From positions 1 to 37,078 of IMG/VR virus record IMGVR_UViG_3300010155_000004: 37,078 bases of DNA. One strand, 5' to 3'. A program made the translations under genes and the position numbers. This DNA comes from a virus (Duplodnaviria > Caudoviricetes). The notes beneath the pieces are model-generated. The model ran no database searches. It was not told the DNA's origin and worked only from the letters and a program-made list of their open reading frames with translations. Within the stretch, counting starts at the first letter, position 1. Each line of letters begins with the position of its first letter. Positions 18,498-26,797 of the stretch are shown in pieces.

Positions 18498-18681
18498 AAC
18501 TTTTGAACCCCTGAACCTCCCTAAGGAAGTTCAAAAGTTCAAAATTCAATGAAGGTTACTATTTTCTGAAAGTCAGATGGTTATAGACCTACTGTTTTCA
18601 AGGGTTTTGGAATTTGCGCAAAAAAATACGCAAAAAAATCAGGTTCACAAAATGGTTCAAAAAATACATGGATTTTGAACC
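18498..18681. repeat. Cluster of short direct/inverted repeats upstream of terL
   Basis: About seven TGAAC/GTTCA units (AACTTTTGAAC...GTTCAAAAGTT inverted) and tandem CGCAAAAAAAT x2 in a non-coding gap. Confidence 0.65.
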
Positions 18682-18983
18682 TAAACTGGATCAATGATAG
18701 GGGTCTGAACCCCACTGCATTCATAAAGAAGATTCTGAAACAATTCGGTGCGGTTGTCATAGGATCTGAATTCAGTCCACTCCAACCGGGTCCTAGTGGA
18801 GTCCAGAACACAATCACATAAAATCATGTGCTTTCCTGGTGGTGTGATTTTGTCCACAAACACCAATGCCCTGAAACAATGCTGCCACAAAACCCGGATC
18901 TGAATGGTAGGATACGACCCTGTAAAGGGATCTGCAAATACTGTTGTCCCAATCAACACCAAAAACAGTATCAGTTTCTTCAT
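18681..18983 (-). CDS. Hypothetical exported protein
   Basis: Signal-peptide-like MKKLILFLVLIGTTVFA-D. Four Cys, including CDC. Confidence 0.65.
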   Translation of the reverse strand: MKKLILFLVLIGTTVFADPFTGSYPTIQIRVLWQHCFRALVFVDKITPPGKHMILCDCVLDSTRTRLEWTEFRSYDNRTELFQNLLYECSGVQTPIIDPV

Positions 18984-19582
18984 AGCACTAAATTCGTTAT
19001 AGGCTGAAGTTCTGAATCAGGAACCCAATAACACTTTGATGTCTTACCATTGAAATCATGCAGCCATTCAGGATGACTGAATACTTCATCAGATTCGATC
19101 CATCCTTTGATGGCATACACACCGAATTGTCCTACAACCAGAACATAAATAAATCCGGGTTTGTCAGTTGGTTTCAGGAAAAGTTGATGGTCTTCCTTCC
19201 TTCTGGTGCGTACTTCAATATTTTCACCGACATCGGTTGCCCAATGACTTTCCATGCCGGTGTGATACTGATTCAGTGCCTTTGCAACTGCAATTTCACC
19301 TAATGCACCTTCAATGGCATTTCCCCATAATCCATGCCTTCCAGGATCATTATTTTTTGAAATATATTTTTCAAGGATGTGGTTTCCATTCTTCTGGATT
19401 TCCCGGATCTGCCTTTGTATTCCAACTGATGCACCAATCTGAATTTCAGGTGGACTCAACTGAATCTGATGATGTGACAAACCATCGATAGATGTTGACT
19501 TCAGATCCACGTAATTGGATGACACCATATTTGTTTTGAGGTAAACAATTTTTGAGCCAGTTGATGAGTCTTTCTGATGCAT
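18980..19582 (-). CDS. Putative PD-(D/E)XK-type nuclease
   Basis: GA.GEIAVAK.L...TDVG..IEVRT...YVLV....IKGW pattern. Start uncertain (may be MVSSNY). Confidence 0.6.
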   Translation of the reverse strand: MHQKDSSTGSKIVYLKTNMVSSNYVDLKSTSIDGLSHHQIQLSPPEIQIGASVGIQRQIREIQKNGNHILEKYISKNNDPGRHGLWGNAIEGALGEIAVAKALNQYHTGMESHWATDVGENIEVRTRRKEDHQLFLKPTDKPGFIYVLVVGQFGVYAIKGWIESDEVFSHPEWLHDFNGKTSKCYWVPDSELQPITNLVL

Positions 19583-19745
19583 CCGAATCCTTACATTTGG
19601 TTAAAGAACAGCCTTTATTCCTGATCTGATCCTTGATGTCTGAAAGGACAGTATCATCAGGTTTCCAGGGTGACGAACTTAGGGTCATAGGTGAGTGTAT
19701 AAATGAAGTCCGGGTGGTCCATGTCTTCTGCCATGAGGATTCCAT
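19446..19745 (-). CDS. Hypothetical protein (start and reality uncertain)
   Basis: Fills the gap between 19657..19866 and the nuclease, but overlaps both. Confidence 0.35.
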   Translation of the reverse strand: MESSWQKTWTTRTSFIHSPMTLSSSPWKPDDTVLSDIKDQIRNKGCSLTKCKDSDASERLINWLKNCLPQNKYGVIQLRGSEVNIYRWFVTSSDSVEST

Positions 19746-19866
19746 TCTGGGATTCCTTCACTTTTGCTTTGACCCTACGGGTGTGCTGGTTATGCCAGTC
19801 TGCTTCTTCAGTTGATACTTCAAAACTGATCTTTTTACCGATCATGATTCTTTCAAATTCATCCAT
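19657..19866 (-). CDS. Hypothetical protein (69 aa)
   Basis: RBS CAGAAAGGCAAC directly before the ATG. Confidence 0.7.
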   Translation of the reverse strand: MDEFERIMIGKKISFEVSTEEADWHNQHTRRVKAKVKESQNGILMAEDMDHPDFIYTLTYDPKFVTLET

Positions 19867-19893
19867 GTTGCCTTTCTGATGATGGGGTGTGTG

Positions 19894-20325
19894 TTAAAAA
19901 AAACTCAATTGTTTGGGTTCATTAAACCTTTTGACCCAGATATTGATGTCCTTATTTCTTCTTAATCCACCTTGATCCACTTTTTCTATGGTGTACCCTA
20001 ATGCCTTCCAGAAAATATTTGCTTCTAAATTTTCCCGGCACCTTAAATAAACACCGGAATGGTTGCTTAGTGCATGTTCTTCAATTTCTGCTACCAATCT
20101 TTCACCATGATGTTTCCTTCTGACATCGTAATCGATACATGCCTGATAGATGTTTAACAAAGGCCAATTTGATCCATAGATCAGGAATCCACATGGATCA
20201 TCGTTTTCATGGCATAAAAGAATCCGACCTTCTGATTCGTATTCTTCAAGCCTTGAACGGGGGATGAACCCAAGTGATTCAGAATTGTGCCGGTGCAGGT
20301 GTTCGGCATATTTTGCTTTGGACAT
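19894..20325 (-). CDS. GNAT-family acetyltransferase
   Basis: GFL....IYQ.CI..DVRRKHHGERLV (acetyl-CoA loop) and L.C...LEAN.FW.ALGY. Confidence 0.85.
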   Translation of the reverse strand: MSKAKYAEHLHRHNSESLGFIPRSRLEEYESEGRILLCHENDDPCGFLIYGSNWPLLNIYQACIDYDVRRKHHGERLVAEIEEHALSNHSGVYLRCRENLEANIFWKALGYTIEKVDQGGLRRNKDINIWVKRFNEPKQLSFF

Positions 20326-20329
20326 TGTT

Positions 20330-20680
20330 CATTTTTTGTGTGTGTGGGGTGGGCCAATGGGCACCCCCCACTTCCTAATACCGGGGGGGGGTCTGCCAGC
20401 TACGCCAGCATATGGGATTTACCGCATTCCAGCCCATATTTGGAAGACCCCCGGATCATCTATCCGTATGTCAGCCTGATGTGTCCGATCCCTACTCATT
20501 CACATCGGTAGTATTTCCAACGGTTTACAGATGATACCATAATTTATACCGTGAACCTGTACCGTGTTCTGTAGTCGCTAGGGTGTCATGTGACAATTGA
20601 CCGCAATGTACCGCATATATAGTTCGGGCACATGTGTGCGGTTTAGAAAGGTCTGAAGAAATGTCTGACCTTACCCACAT
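20330..20680. other. Non-coding region, candidate packaging (pac/terminus) site
   Basis: G9 run at 20383-20391, GGGGTG...CACCCC inverted repeat, (TG)n tract and several TACCG(T/C) repeats. Lies between terS and terL. Confidence 0.45.
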
Positions 20681-20878
20681 CTACCCATCTAGTTGCCTTA
20701 CATACATATCAGCCCTTTCCAATATATCCATGTCTTCAAAGTCTTCATCACTTTCCTTCATTTGCGCTTCCCATTCTGCAAATCTATCCCATGCTTCCTG
20801 GGTTGCACTCTTCACAGGTGTTTTATCAAAGTGTCCGACCACATACTTTTTAGGTTCCATTATCTGTTTCCTCTCCAA
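20681..20878 (-). CDS. Hypothetical acidic protein
   Basis: 65 aa, co-oriented in the accessory block. Confidence 0.55.
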   Translation of the reverse strand: MERKQIMEPKKYVVGHFDKTPVKSATQEAWDRFAEWEAQMKESDEDFEDMDILERADMYVRQLDG

Positions 20879-20899
20879 AACATGTTCACACTGTCCACA

Positions 20900-21133
20900 T
20901 CACCCCAAATCAAAGTCCATCTTCCCGTCATAACCTTTCCTTTGTTCACGCTGCTTCAATGATTCATTCCGATATGTTGCATCAGGATCATATCCAACCT
21001 CTTGAAGAATGCTTCCACACTTCTTGCACCATTCCATCCATATACCTTTCTCAAAAACATTCCTTGTTTCTTTATGTTCGCAACACCCATTCTTTTTAGA
21101 TTCAATTGCATCCACCCATTCATCGTCTTTCAT
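20900..21133 (-). CDS. Hypothetical protein with a putative Zn-finger
   Basis: CEH...CKKCG. ATGA overlap. Confidence 0.6.
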   Translation of the reverse strand: MKDDEWVDAIESKKNGCCEHKETRNVFEKGIWMEWCKKCGSILQEVGYDPDATYRNESLKQREQRKGYDGKMDFDLG

Positions 21134-21474
21134 TCCTTGCTTGTGTAAAGGTCCACTAGATCGTCATAACTGACATATTTCGTAACACCTTCCACTGTAA
21201 CCCCAATCTTGCCTTTGTTGTGTGCTGGATGCCCTGCATGTGTTCTATGAATATTCCTTCCAGTTTCATTGATCTTCTTCAGTGTTTCTTTTTTGATGCA
21301 TCCACATGACCATGTGCTGTTCTGTGCTTTTGATTCAACAGATCCTTTGAACAACACCTTTTTGTTTCCACATGAACACTGATACAGATTATAGACTTTA
21401 TTGTTTTTGTATCCATTGGGTTTGGTGTAAACTTTGATTCCAATGTGTTTGATGAATGTCAGTCTTGAGTTCAT
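21130..21474 (-). CDS. DNA-binding protein resembling the N-terminus of HNH/AP2 homing endonucleases; no catalytic domain seen
   Basis: RLT.I...YQCSCGN.K...SCGC and a PAHNKGK NUMOD-like motif. Confidence 0.6.
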   Translation of the reverse strand: MNSRLTFIKHIGIKVYTKPNGYKNNKVYNLYQCSCGNKKVLFKGSVESKAQNSTWSCGCIKKETLKKINETGRNIHRTHAGHPAHNKGKIGVTVEGVTKYVSYDDLVDLYTSKE

Positions 21475-21788
21475 AAAATATTCTGACAGTCACTGCATTT
21501 CTGGTTGGCATCATACTGTTGTTTCGGTTCATTCAGGACGATGTCAATGACCCTTGCATAACCGGCTATATCAACTAGATTATCCTTTGTTGGTCGATGC
21601 ATCTGTCTGGCAACTTTGAGTCCAATCATCATCAATCCAACCACTTCAGGTTTGATAGGACCTTGTCCTAGTATGGTCCCCCATATCTCACCAATCCTGG
21701 TGCAATTATCAATTGGATGATCATAAGCCCATTGCCGGTCACCTTTGACTAGTCGTTCTGCTTCCTGGAGTATTGTTTCGTTCATCAC
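21471..21788 (-). CDS. DUF6378-like protein (all-alpha nucleotide pyrophosphohydrolase-related)
   Basis: ILQEA..LV.GDR...Y..P..N..RI...W...V..MM..LKVAR.......DN.VDIAGY. Confidence 0.8.
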   Translation of the reverse strand: MMNETILQEAERLVKGDRQWAYDHPIDNCTRIGEIWGTILGQGPIKPEVVGLMMIGLKVARQMHRPTKDNLVDIAGYARVIDIVLNEPKQQYDANQKCSDCQNIL

Positions 21789-21997
21789 AATCCTTTGATG
21801 TCTGATCCCACTTCTTCACCCACATGTTCTTCCATGATTTTATTTTGTTTAGAATGCACCATAATTTGAATTTCATTGAGGGATTCCAAATCAATTCCAT
21901 GACAATCGTCCGGGCTGAACGTATCCAGAACTTCAAGTAGATCATCAAGTGCATCAATCTGATTGAATGTCAGTTCCAGCCGGTATAGTTTCTCCAT
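21785..21997 (-). CDS. Hypothetical acidic protein
   Basis: 70 aa, coupled to the downstream gene. Confidence 0.55.
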   Translation of the reverse strand: MEKLYRLELTFNQIDALDDLLEVLDTFSPDDCHGIDLESLNEIQIMVHSKQNKIMEEHVGEEVGSDIKGL

Positions 21998-22478
21998 CAG
22001 GCAATTGTTTGGGATCTGGTGTTATATTAATCGCCTTTCTGTTCATCATGTCCTGAAGTGCTTTCAGGTGTTCTGCACCAGTGTCAGTTACCTTCATATC
22101 GATCTGGGTTTTCTGTCCATACACTGAAGGTGCATACTTTTCTGCAAGCCACTGTTTTGTGTTGATGATTGTTCTTCCTGCACTTGGATCAACTTGACCA
22201 GTTTTAAGTTCATCCATGGTTTCATTGATGTCATCAATCTGTTTTTCTGCAAGCATCTGTCTGCAATCATCCCATCGTCTACGTTTATCAGGTTCTGTTC
22301 GGATAACATTCATGAGTGCATGAAATCCAATGTTTGCATCCTTTGCTGCTGTTTGAGCAGCCCTATTCATGTTCCCTTTGCTTAAGTATTCATCAAACAA
22401 TCTGTCCCAGAATTCTGAATCTGCAAAGATCCGATTCTGACGGGCTATCCTTTGTCTTTTGACAGGTCTACCGGGCAT
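21954..22478 (-). CDS. terS: Terminase small subunit (Sf6 gp1-like)
   Basis: MPGRP start, helical core, I...QW.A.K.AP..YG.K...D.....HL.AL motif. Confidence 0.8.
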   Translation of the reverse strand: MPGRPVKRQRIARQNRIFADSEFWDRLFDEYLSKGNMNRAAQTAAKDANIGFHALMNVIRTEPDKRRRWDDCRQMLAEKQIDDINETMDELKTGQVDPSAGRTIINTKQWLAEKYAPSVYGQKTQIDMKVTDTGAEHLKALQDMMNRKAINITPDPKQLPDGETIPAGTDIQSD

Positions 22479-22729
22479 CAGTTTATTCCACCTCCATCCA
22501 GTGTTTCATATTCTGCCATCAGCCATCCTTTGATCTCATCCATCTGACCTATGATCTGCCCAGGCATTGATTCCTGAATTGCAGATTCATGAAGAAATGA
22601 AATCAGATCCACATAAAGACCAACCTTCCATTTGAATGGAAGTTCCCTACGTAATCCTTCAATGGAGTATCCCAGTACTTTGAACAGAACAGACCATTGA
22701 TCTTCTGAAGAATCACTCACAATACTCAT
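22478..22729 (-). CDS. Hypothetical protein
   Basis: 83 aa, overlapping both neighbours in the operon. Confidence 0.6.
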   Translation of the reverse strand: MSIVSDSSEDQWSVLFKVLGYSIEGLRRELPFKWKVGLYVDLISFLHESAIQESMPGQIIGQMDEIKGWLMAEYETLDGGGIN

Positions 22730-23153
22730 GGACCCCCAATACTTTCAGTGATGTTTTATCCAGGTGAAGACCGGCTTTCACTGGTCTCAAATAAACCCTG
22801 ACCAATCCTTCAGGAACTCCACATTCCCTTGTGATCTGTACGTGCCTCAAACAGTTGTCATTCTCATAGACACCTGCTACTTCAAGTGCATCAATCAATA
22901 CTTTAGTAAGATTATCCAGGTCCATGTCAGGACCCTTCTTTTTCGGATAATGGGCACTGATGGCCATAGCCAATTCAGTTCCATTCTGAAAGGGTTTCAA
23001 GCCTAGGCCGGCCCTTGCAGACATCCAGTCCAGGGTAACCTTGGTTATGTAATCCCTTGCCTGTTTGGTTTTGATTAATCGTTTACCAACCGGCATCCAA
23101 TATTGATTGGCGCTAACCGGCCATGGTAGGTCCAGTTTTATTTCCTCTTCCAT
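22713..23153 (-). CDS. rusA: RusA-family Holliday junction resolvase
   Basis: LPWPVSANQYW and DLDNLTKVLIDAL..AGVY.ND. Confidence 0.9.
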   Translation of the reverse strand: MEEEIKLDLPWPVSANQYWMPVGKRLIKTKQARDYITKVTLDWMSARAGLGLKPFQNGTELAMAISAHYPKKKGPDMDLDNLTKVLIDALEVAGVYENDNCLRHVQITRECGVPEGLVRVYLRPVKAGLHLDKTSLKVLGVHEYCE

Positions 23154-23544
23154 GAGTCTTTTTCAATGATTGTTTAGCATCTTCCATGAGCTTATTCAGA
23201 CGAACTTTCTGTTCGTTTGTCATTGGTTTGATCTTCTTTTCACCTTCAACAAGTTCATACATCGGGTCCCATGTGATACCCATTGCTTTGTCCCAGTCAT
23301 CAGCTACTTTTCTTTGACCTAATCCACCACGTACATCTGCAACAGTTGGAAACCATTTTGATGTTTTGATGTGATGATCAAATCCATCCTGGATCTGGAG
23401 TGGTGTAAGATCAGACAATCCTGATTTCCAAAGTGCTATATCGGCCTGATCTAATTTCCCATGTTCCCGTACATGGGCTGCATAATTCTTTTCACATGCC
23501 TTCAGGCACTGAAGAAGTGTTTGTACTGTTATGTTTTGCATCAT
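23113..23544 (-). CDS. Replicative helicase loader/inhibitor (G39P-like)
   Basis: W...L.DL....I......HIKTSKWFPTVADVR. Start reassigned to the ATGA overlap at 23544. Confidence 0.7.
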   Translation of the reverse strand: MMQNITVQTLLQCLKACEKNYAAHVREHGKLDQADIALWKSGLSDLTPLQIQDGFDHHIKTSKWFPTVADVRGGLGQRKVADDWDKAMGITWDPMYELVEGEKKIKPMTNEQKVRLNKLMEDAKQSLKKTHGRGNKTGPTMAG

Positions 23545-23810
23545 TTCAACACCCGGAAAGACTGTTGGAATTTTCCACATCGATCACACATGAAAGACAA
23601 CTTATCCCTGCCATCAAAGTCTTCTTCAATACCTTGAATTTCCACTAAGGTTTCCAGTCTCCATTCATTGCAATCTTGGCAGAATACTAGGATTTCACGT
23701 TTGATGATTTCTTGTTCTTCTTCATAACGTAGTTGTTGCTTACGCTTAATAAGATCCACTACTTTCTTTTTTTGAGCAGCATCTGATCTGACATTAGTAT
23801 CATCCATCAT
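23541..23810 (-). CDS. Zn-ribbon hypothetical protein
   Basis: CQDC...CDRC. Confidence 0.65.
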   Translation of the reverse strand: MMDDTNVRSDAAQKKKVVDLIKRKQQLRYEEEQEIIKREILVFCQDCNEWRLETLVEIQGIEEDFDGRDKLSFMCDRCGKFQQSFRVLK

Positions 23811-23956
23811 GCTATTTCCTCTTCTCTACCACACCACAAACACTTTGGTGTGATTTCAATCTTCACATAATAATTAAGCAGCACCCATATGATGCCGATC
23901 ACAAAACTGGTTAGTATTGCCAGCAGTGTCCATGCTACATATGTCATCCACATCAT
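23807..23956 (-). CDS. Small membrane protein (49 aa)
   Basis: RBS GAGAAAGGCA before ATGATG. One TM helix followed by CLWC. Confidence 0.6.
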   Translation of the reverse strand: MMWMTYVAWTLLAILTSFVIGIIWVLLNYYVKIEITPKCLWCGREEEIA

Positions 23957-24125
23957 TGCCTTTCTCCTGTTCCTGTTCACCGGTGCAGCACTCAAAATTC
24001 GGGCATCCGCAATGAGTGCAATGGTAGTGACCATGACAATAGACTAAGCCAATTCTATGACAGAACCGGCACTGTTCCTGTTGGAGTGTCTTCATTTTCC
24101 ACCTTTTCGATCTTATAGGTGTCAA
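23874..24125 (-). CDS. Cys/His-rich hypothetical protein
   Basis: CRFC...CHGHYHCTHCGCPNFECC. The true start is probably MKTLQQ. Confidence 0.55.
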   Translation of the reverse strand: MTPIRSKRWKMKTLQQEQCRFCHRIGLVYCHGHYHCTHCGCPNFECCTGEQEQEKGNDVDDICSMDTAGNTNQFCDRHHMGAA

Positions 24126-24312
24126 CTGTGATCAGTTGATGCCAATGAATCAGAAAAGTTTCCTGGCATCCTTCACCATTTTCGTTGTCACATTTCAGAA
24201 TATCGGTTCCATATCCTTTATCGATTTCCGTGGATGTGAGTGTTCCTATTTTTGCTTTGCAATATGGGCAATGGATCATTGTGTTATTCCTTTCTTCTGA
24301 AGGTTCATCCAT
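24055..24312 (-). CDS. Zn-ribbon hypothetical protein
   Basis: HCPYC...C...GC..TF. Confidence 0.6.
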   Translation of the reverse strand: MDEPSEERNNTMIHCPYCKAKIGTLTSTEIDKGYGTDILKCDNENGEGCQETFLIHWHQLITVDTYKIEKVENEDTPTGTVPVLS

Positions 24313-24659
24313 TCCAGATCCAATGCAGATGTCATATCCCTGGATCTTTGCTGCTGATTTGGTTTGTCTTCAACGATGTCGAATCTGATACCAATCCATT
24401 GACGGTGCATTGATTCATGGATTACATGCAGTATGTCCCTGCCTTTGATGTACTGGTTTCTGATCATCGATAATGCTCTTTGACCGGCCTTGACTGAATT
24501 CCAGGGTTTCAGATAACCATCCCTGTCTGCTGCTTCTTCTTGTTTGTAGCAGACCCATTCCGACCAAAGTTCTTCAAAGTCTTCAACAGACTTCAATTCA
24601 TCAGGGATGATGCATCCTTCAAGCATCTGTTCTGCAGTTGGTGGTGTTATTTTTGGCAT
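24276..24659 (-). CDS. Replication-initiator C-terminal-domain-like protein
   Basis: IP..L.....W.EW..YK...KP....A....L.......I..S....W.GI pattern. Upstream of the helicase loader. Confidence 0.6.
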   Translation of the reverse strand: MPKITPPTAEQMLEGCIIPDELKSVEDFEELWSEWVCYKQEEAADRDGYLKPWNSVKAGQRALSMIRNQYIKGRDILHVIHESMHRQWIGIRFDIVEDKPNQQQRSRDMTSALDLEWMNLQKKGITQ

Positions 24660-25006
24660 ATATCCTCTTCCATTAGGGGTAGTAATTTTTGCAGGGTCAG
24701 CAATTCCTGGTTGCAGACTGATTGTTGGACTAGATCCCTGAATGCATCAATGAGTGCTTTTTCATTTTCTGACAACTTTTCAGGAAACTCAGGAAACATC
24801 GTCCCATCACCTGTCAGCAGCCAACCCAAATCCAGTTCAGGGTATTGACGATTGATTTTTTTGAGTGCAACACTGCCTGGTTCCATCTGATTCCTTAGAA
24901 TCCGATATGTCTGTGCAGGGTCAATCCCTGTAGTCCCTATGAATTTACTTATCTTCAGTTTCTTTGCATCCAGGAACTGTTGTAATCGATCACCTGTTTT
25001 TTCCAT
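24647..25006 (-). CDS. XRE-type HTH protein
   Basis: GDRL..F.....L....F....GI.....Y.I.....EP....L.KI...YPEL...WLLTG.G.M. Confidence 0.8.
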   Translation of the reverse strand: MEKTGDRLQQFLDAKKLKISKFIGTTGIDPAQTYRILRNQMEPGSVALKKINRQYPELDLGWLLTGDGTMFPEFPEKLSENEKALIDAFRDLVQQSVCNQELLTLQKLLPLMEEDICQK

Positions 25007-25014
25007 TGATAGAT

Positions 25015-25140
25015 ATCACCTAAAAAGTAAGGGGGTTTGGGGGTTTATTTTTTTTTAATAATATTATTTCTTAATAGTTTAGTTTTAATAAACCATAGTA
25101 TATTATTAAAAACAAACCCGTGCGTGCGTAGCAACTGATG
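25015..25140. other. AT-rich non-coding region, candidate replication origin
   Basis: GGGGGTTT x2, a T9 run, ~70 bp almost pure A/T and CGTGCGTGCGT. Adjacent to the replication genes. Confidence 0.45.
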
Positions 25141-25145
25141 TGCCA

Positions 25146-25751
25146 TTATTCAGGTATCAGTTCGATCTTCCTGGATTTGAACAGATCAATGACTACCCTG
25201 TTCTTCCTGGCCCTTTCAGGAAGGGTTTTGAAGAATTCTCCAAGTGCTTCCTTGGTTTTCTGATCCTGGATCTGGTGCTTGATAGATGATAAAGAATTGG
25301 ATGGTGCTTCAGAATGCTCAGATCGGTCGCTATGAACATTTTCTGTTGCCTTAGTACCATCGTCATCCATATCACTTTCTTTGCCTCCTGATAGGCTTAG
25401 AATCGATTCTATGCTATATCTCTTTGCATAGGTGATATTTGATCCGATTGATTGGGGGTCCTGCTTGACTGGATTGAGGGCATATTCGAACTGGATGAAT
25501 TCCCCAGTTTCATGGGCAAGCATAGTGATCAGTTTGTCACCGGTCGGCATTTGAATTAGTAACAGCCCATTTTCTAATAGTGGTCCATTTACTTTCTTCA
25601 GCAGACCTTCCAAAGAAACATATTCGTTTTTGTGGAAAGGATTAGCTGAATCATATTTTACTATTGAACCGATCTGCTTCTTTGCTTTTATTAAACTAGG
25701 CATCAGTTTTGTGATGCATGATTGTGTGTATTTAGATGATATTTCGTTCAT
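25146..25751 (-). CDS. erf: ERF-family single-strand annealing protein
   Basis: NPFHKN.Y..L, T.L.HETGE.I and DPQSIGS.ITYAKRYS......DDDG. Confidence 0.92.
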   Translation of the reverse strand: MNEISSKYTQSCITKLMPSLIKAKKQIGSIVKYDSANPFHKNEYVSLEGLLKKVNGPLLENGLLLIQMPTGDKLITMLAHETGEFIQFEYALNPVKQDPQSIGSNITYAKRYSIESILSLSGGKESDMDDDGTKATENVHSDRSEHSEAPSNSLSSIKHQIQDQKTKEALGEFFKTLPERARKNRVVIDLFKSRKIELIPE

Positions 25752-26598
25752 TTTCTCTTCTCATTGTAAGTGTCAGAATTCCTTCATGATATGACTTTAG
25801 TTTGTTACGGTCCTCATCGGTTGTGCAGTTGCACCATTGATGATATTTATCGATTCCTTTTTTGATGTCTTCCCTTGCGTTTTCCAGCCATTCATCTTCG
25901 ATCCGATAAAGTTGAACATTCCATGGCCATGACTTTTCACAAACCAAAAACATGAAATCACAAACCTGTCCTGTGATGGCATACATACCTTCTATATACC
26001 AAGCAGCCTGTATGTCGAACCGGTACTTGAATATGTCCCTTCTGAAAGATTCAGGACTTCCTGATGCCATGAATTTTGCATCAATAATGATGTCCAAATC
26101 AGGCAAAAACCTGTCTGCTCTTAGACATGCATCCACACCTAATTCATGTCTCCAGAATCCTGAAACTTCATTGTGACCAGTCAACCCATTGGTCATCAAT
26201 TTCTTGGAATAAGGATCATTCAGAATGTTTTCCCTCCACCTAAGTGCCCGTGTGAATTCATCCTGATTCATCAGTTCCTTGCCTTCGGCTGCTGCCTGCT
26301 GTTCGGCCAACCTTTTCATTTCCTTACCCTGCTTTGTGCGGGCATCAACTTTCGGCATACAGATGTACCGGTCATGCACATCATCGAATTCCAGGACTGT
26401 TGTGTGCCCTAAAGTTCCTTCCCTGAATGGTGAAGATTCAGGTCGAAGGTCAGCAGATTCGTTATGGTTGATCGAACCCTGACCTGGAGTATAATTTTTC
26501 AGTTGGCTGTTATGCAGGAATCCAGGCATGTTCAGATAGTCTTCAAACGGAAGATTCTGAATTAATGCTGGTAATGATTTGACAGATTTTATGGTCAT
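25732..26598 (-). CDS. RecE/DUF3799-like PD-(D/E)XK exonuclease
   Basis: GT..H..VLE, EVSGFW, RAD....IIIDAK and Y..DIQAAWY motifs. Paired with ERF. Confidence 0.9.
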   Translation of the reverse strand: MTIKSVKSLPALIQNLPFEDYLNMPGFLHNSQLKNYTPGQGSINHNESADLRPESSPFREGTLGHTTVLEFDDVHDRYICMPKVDARTKQGKEMKRLAEQQAAAEGKELMNQDEFTRALRWRENILNDPYSKKLMTNGLTGHNEVSGFWRHELGVDACLRADRFLPDLDIIIDAKFMASGSPESFRRDIFKYRFDIQAAWYIEGMYAITGQVCDFMFLVCEKSWPWNVQLYRIEDEWLENAREDIKKGIDKYHQWCNCTTDEDRNKLKSYHEGILTLTMRRENERNII

Positions 26599-26606
26599 GT
26601 TATATT
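26579..26606 (+). promoter_or_regulatory. Antisense sigma70-type promoter
   Basis: TTGACA at 26579-26584, 16-bp spacer ending in TGn, TATATT at 26601-26606. Confidence 0.6.
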
Positions 26607-26612
26607 ATCCTT

Positions 26613-26684
26613 CCTATGAAATTTGCCTTTCTGGGAATCTACCCCCGGTCACTGGATTGATCATCTAGTGCCGGGGGTTTTTTT
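26613..26684 (+). ncRNA. Putative antisense small RNA (~70 nt)
   Basis: Bounded by the promoter above and an intrinsic terminator. Opposite strand to all flanking genes. Confidence 0.55.
26641..26684 (+). terminator. Intrinsic terminator on the plus strand
   Basis: ACCCCCGG-T-CACTGGAT-(TGATC)-ATCTAGTG-CCGGGGGT ending in a T7 run. Confidence 0.75.
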
Positions 26685-26797
26685 GTTTGGTGTGGCTTTA
26701 CGGGCATGGAAGATAATAAGTCCGTTGCCACTGGGTCCATGTTACTTGGTTCACTTGGTTGGTCTGGTAGACTCAAAAAAGCTGCTGCCACTCTGGA

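Noticed and set aside
21130-21474. Active homing endonuclease
   Set aside because: Only the Cys-containing N-terminal and NUMOD-like motifs are present; no HNH or GIY-YIG catalytic motif.
25045-25146. 33-aa minus-strand ORF (MAHQLLRTHG...) coupled to the ERF stop
   Set aside because: It runs through a low-complexity AT tract and has no other support, so the region is treated as non-coding.
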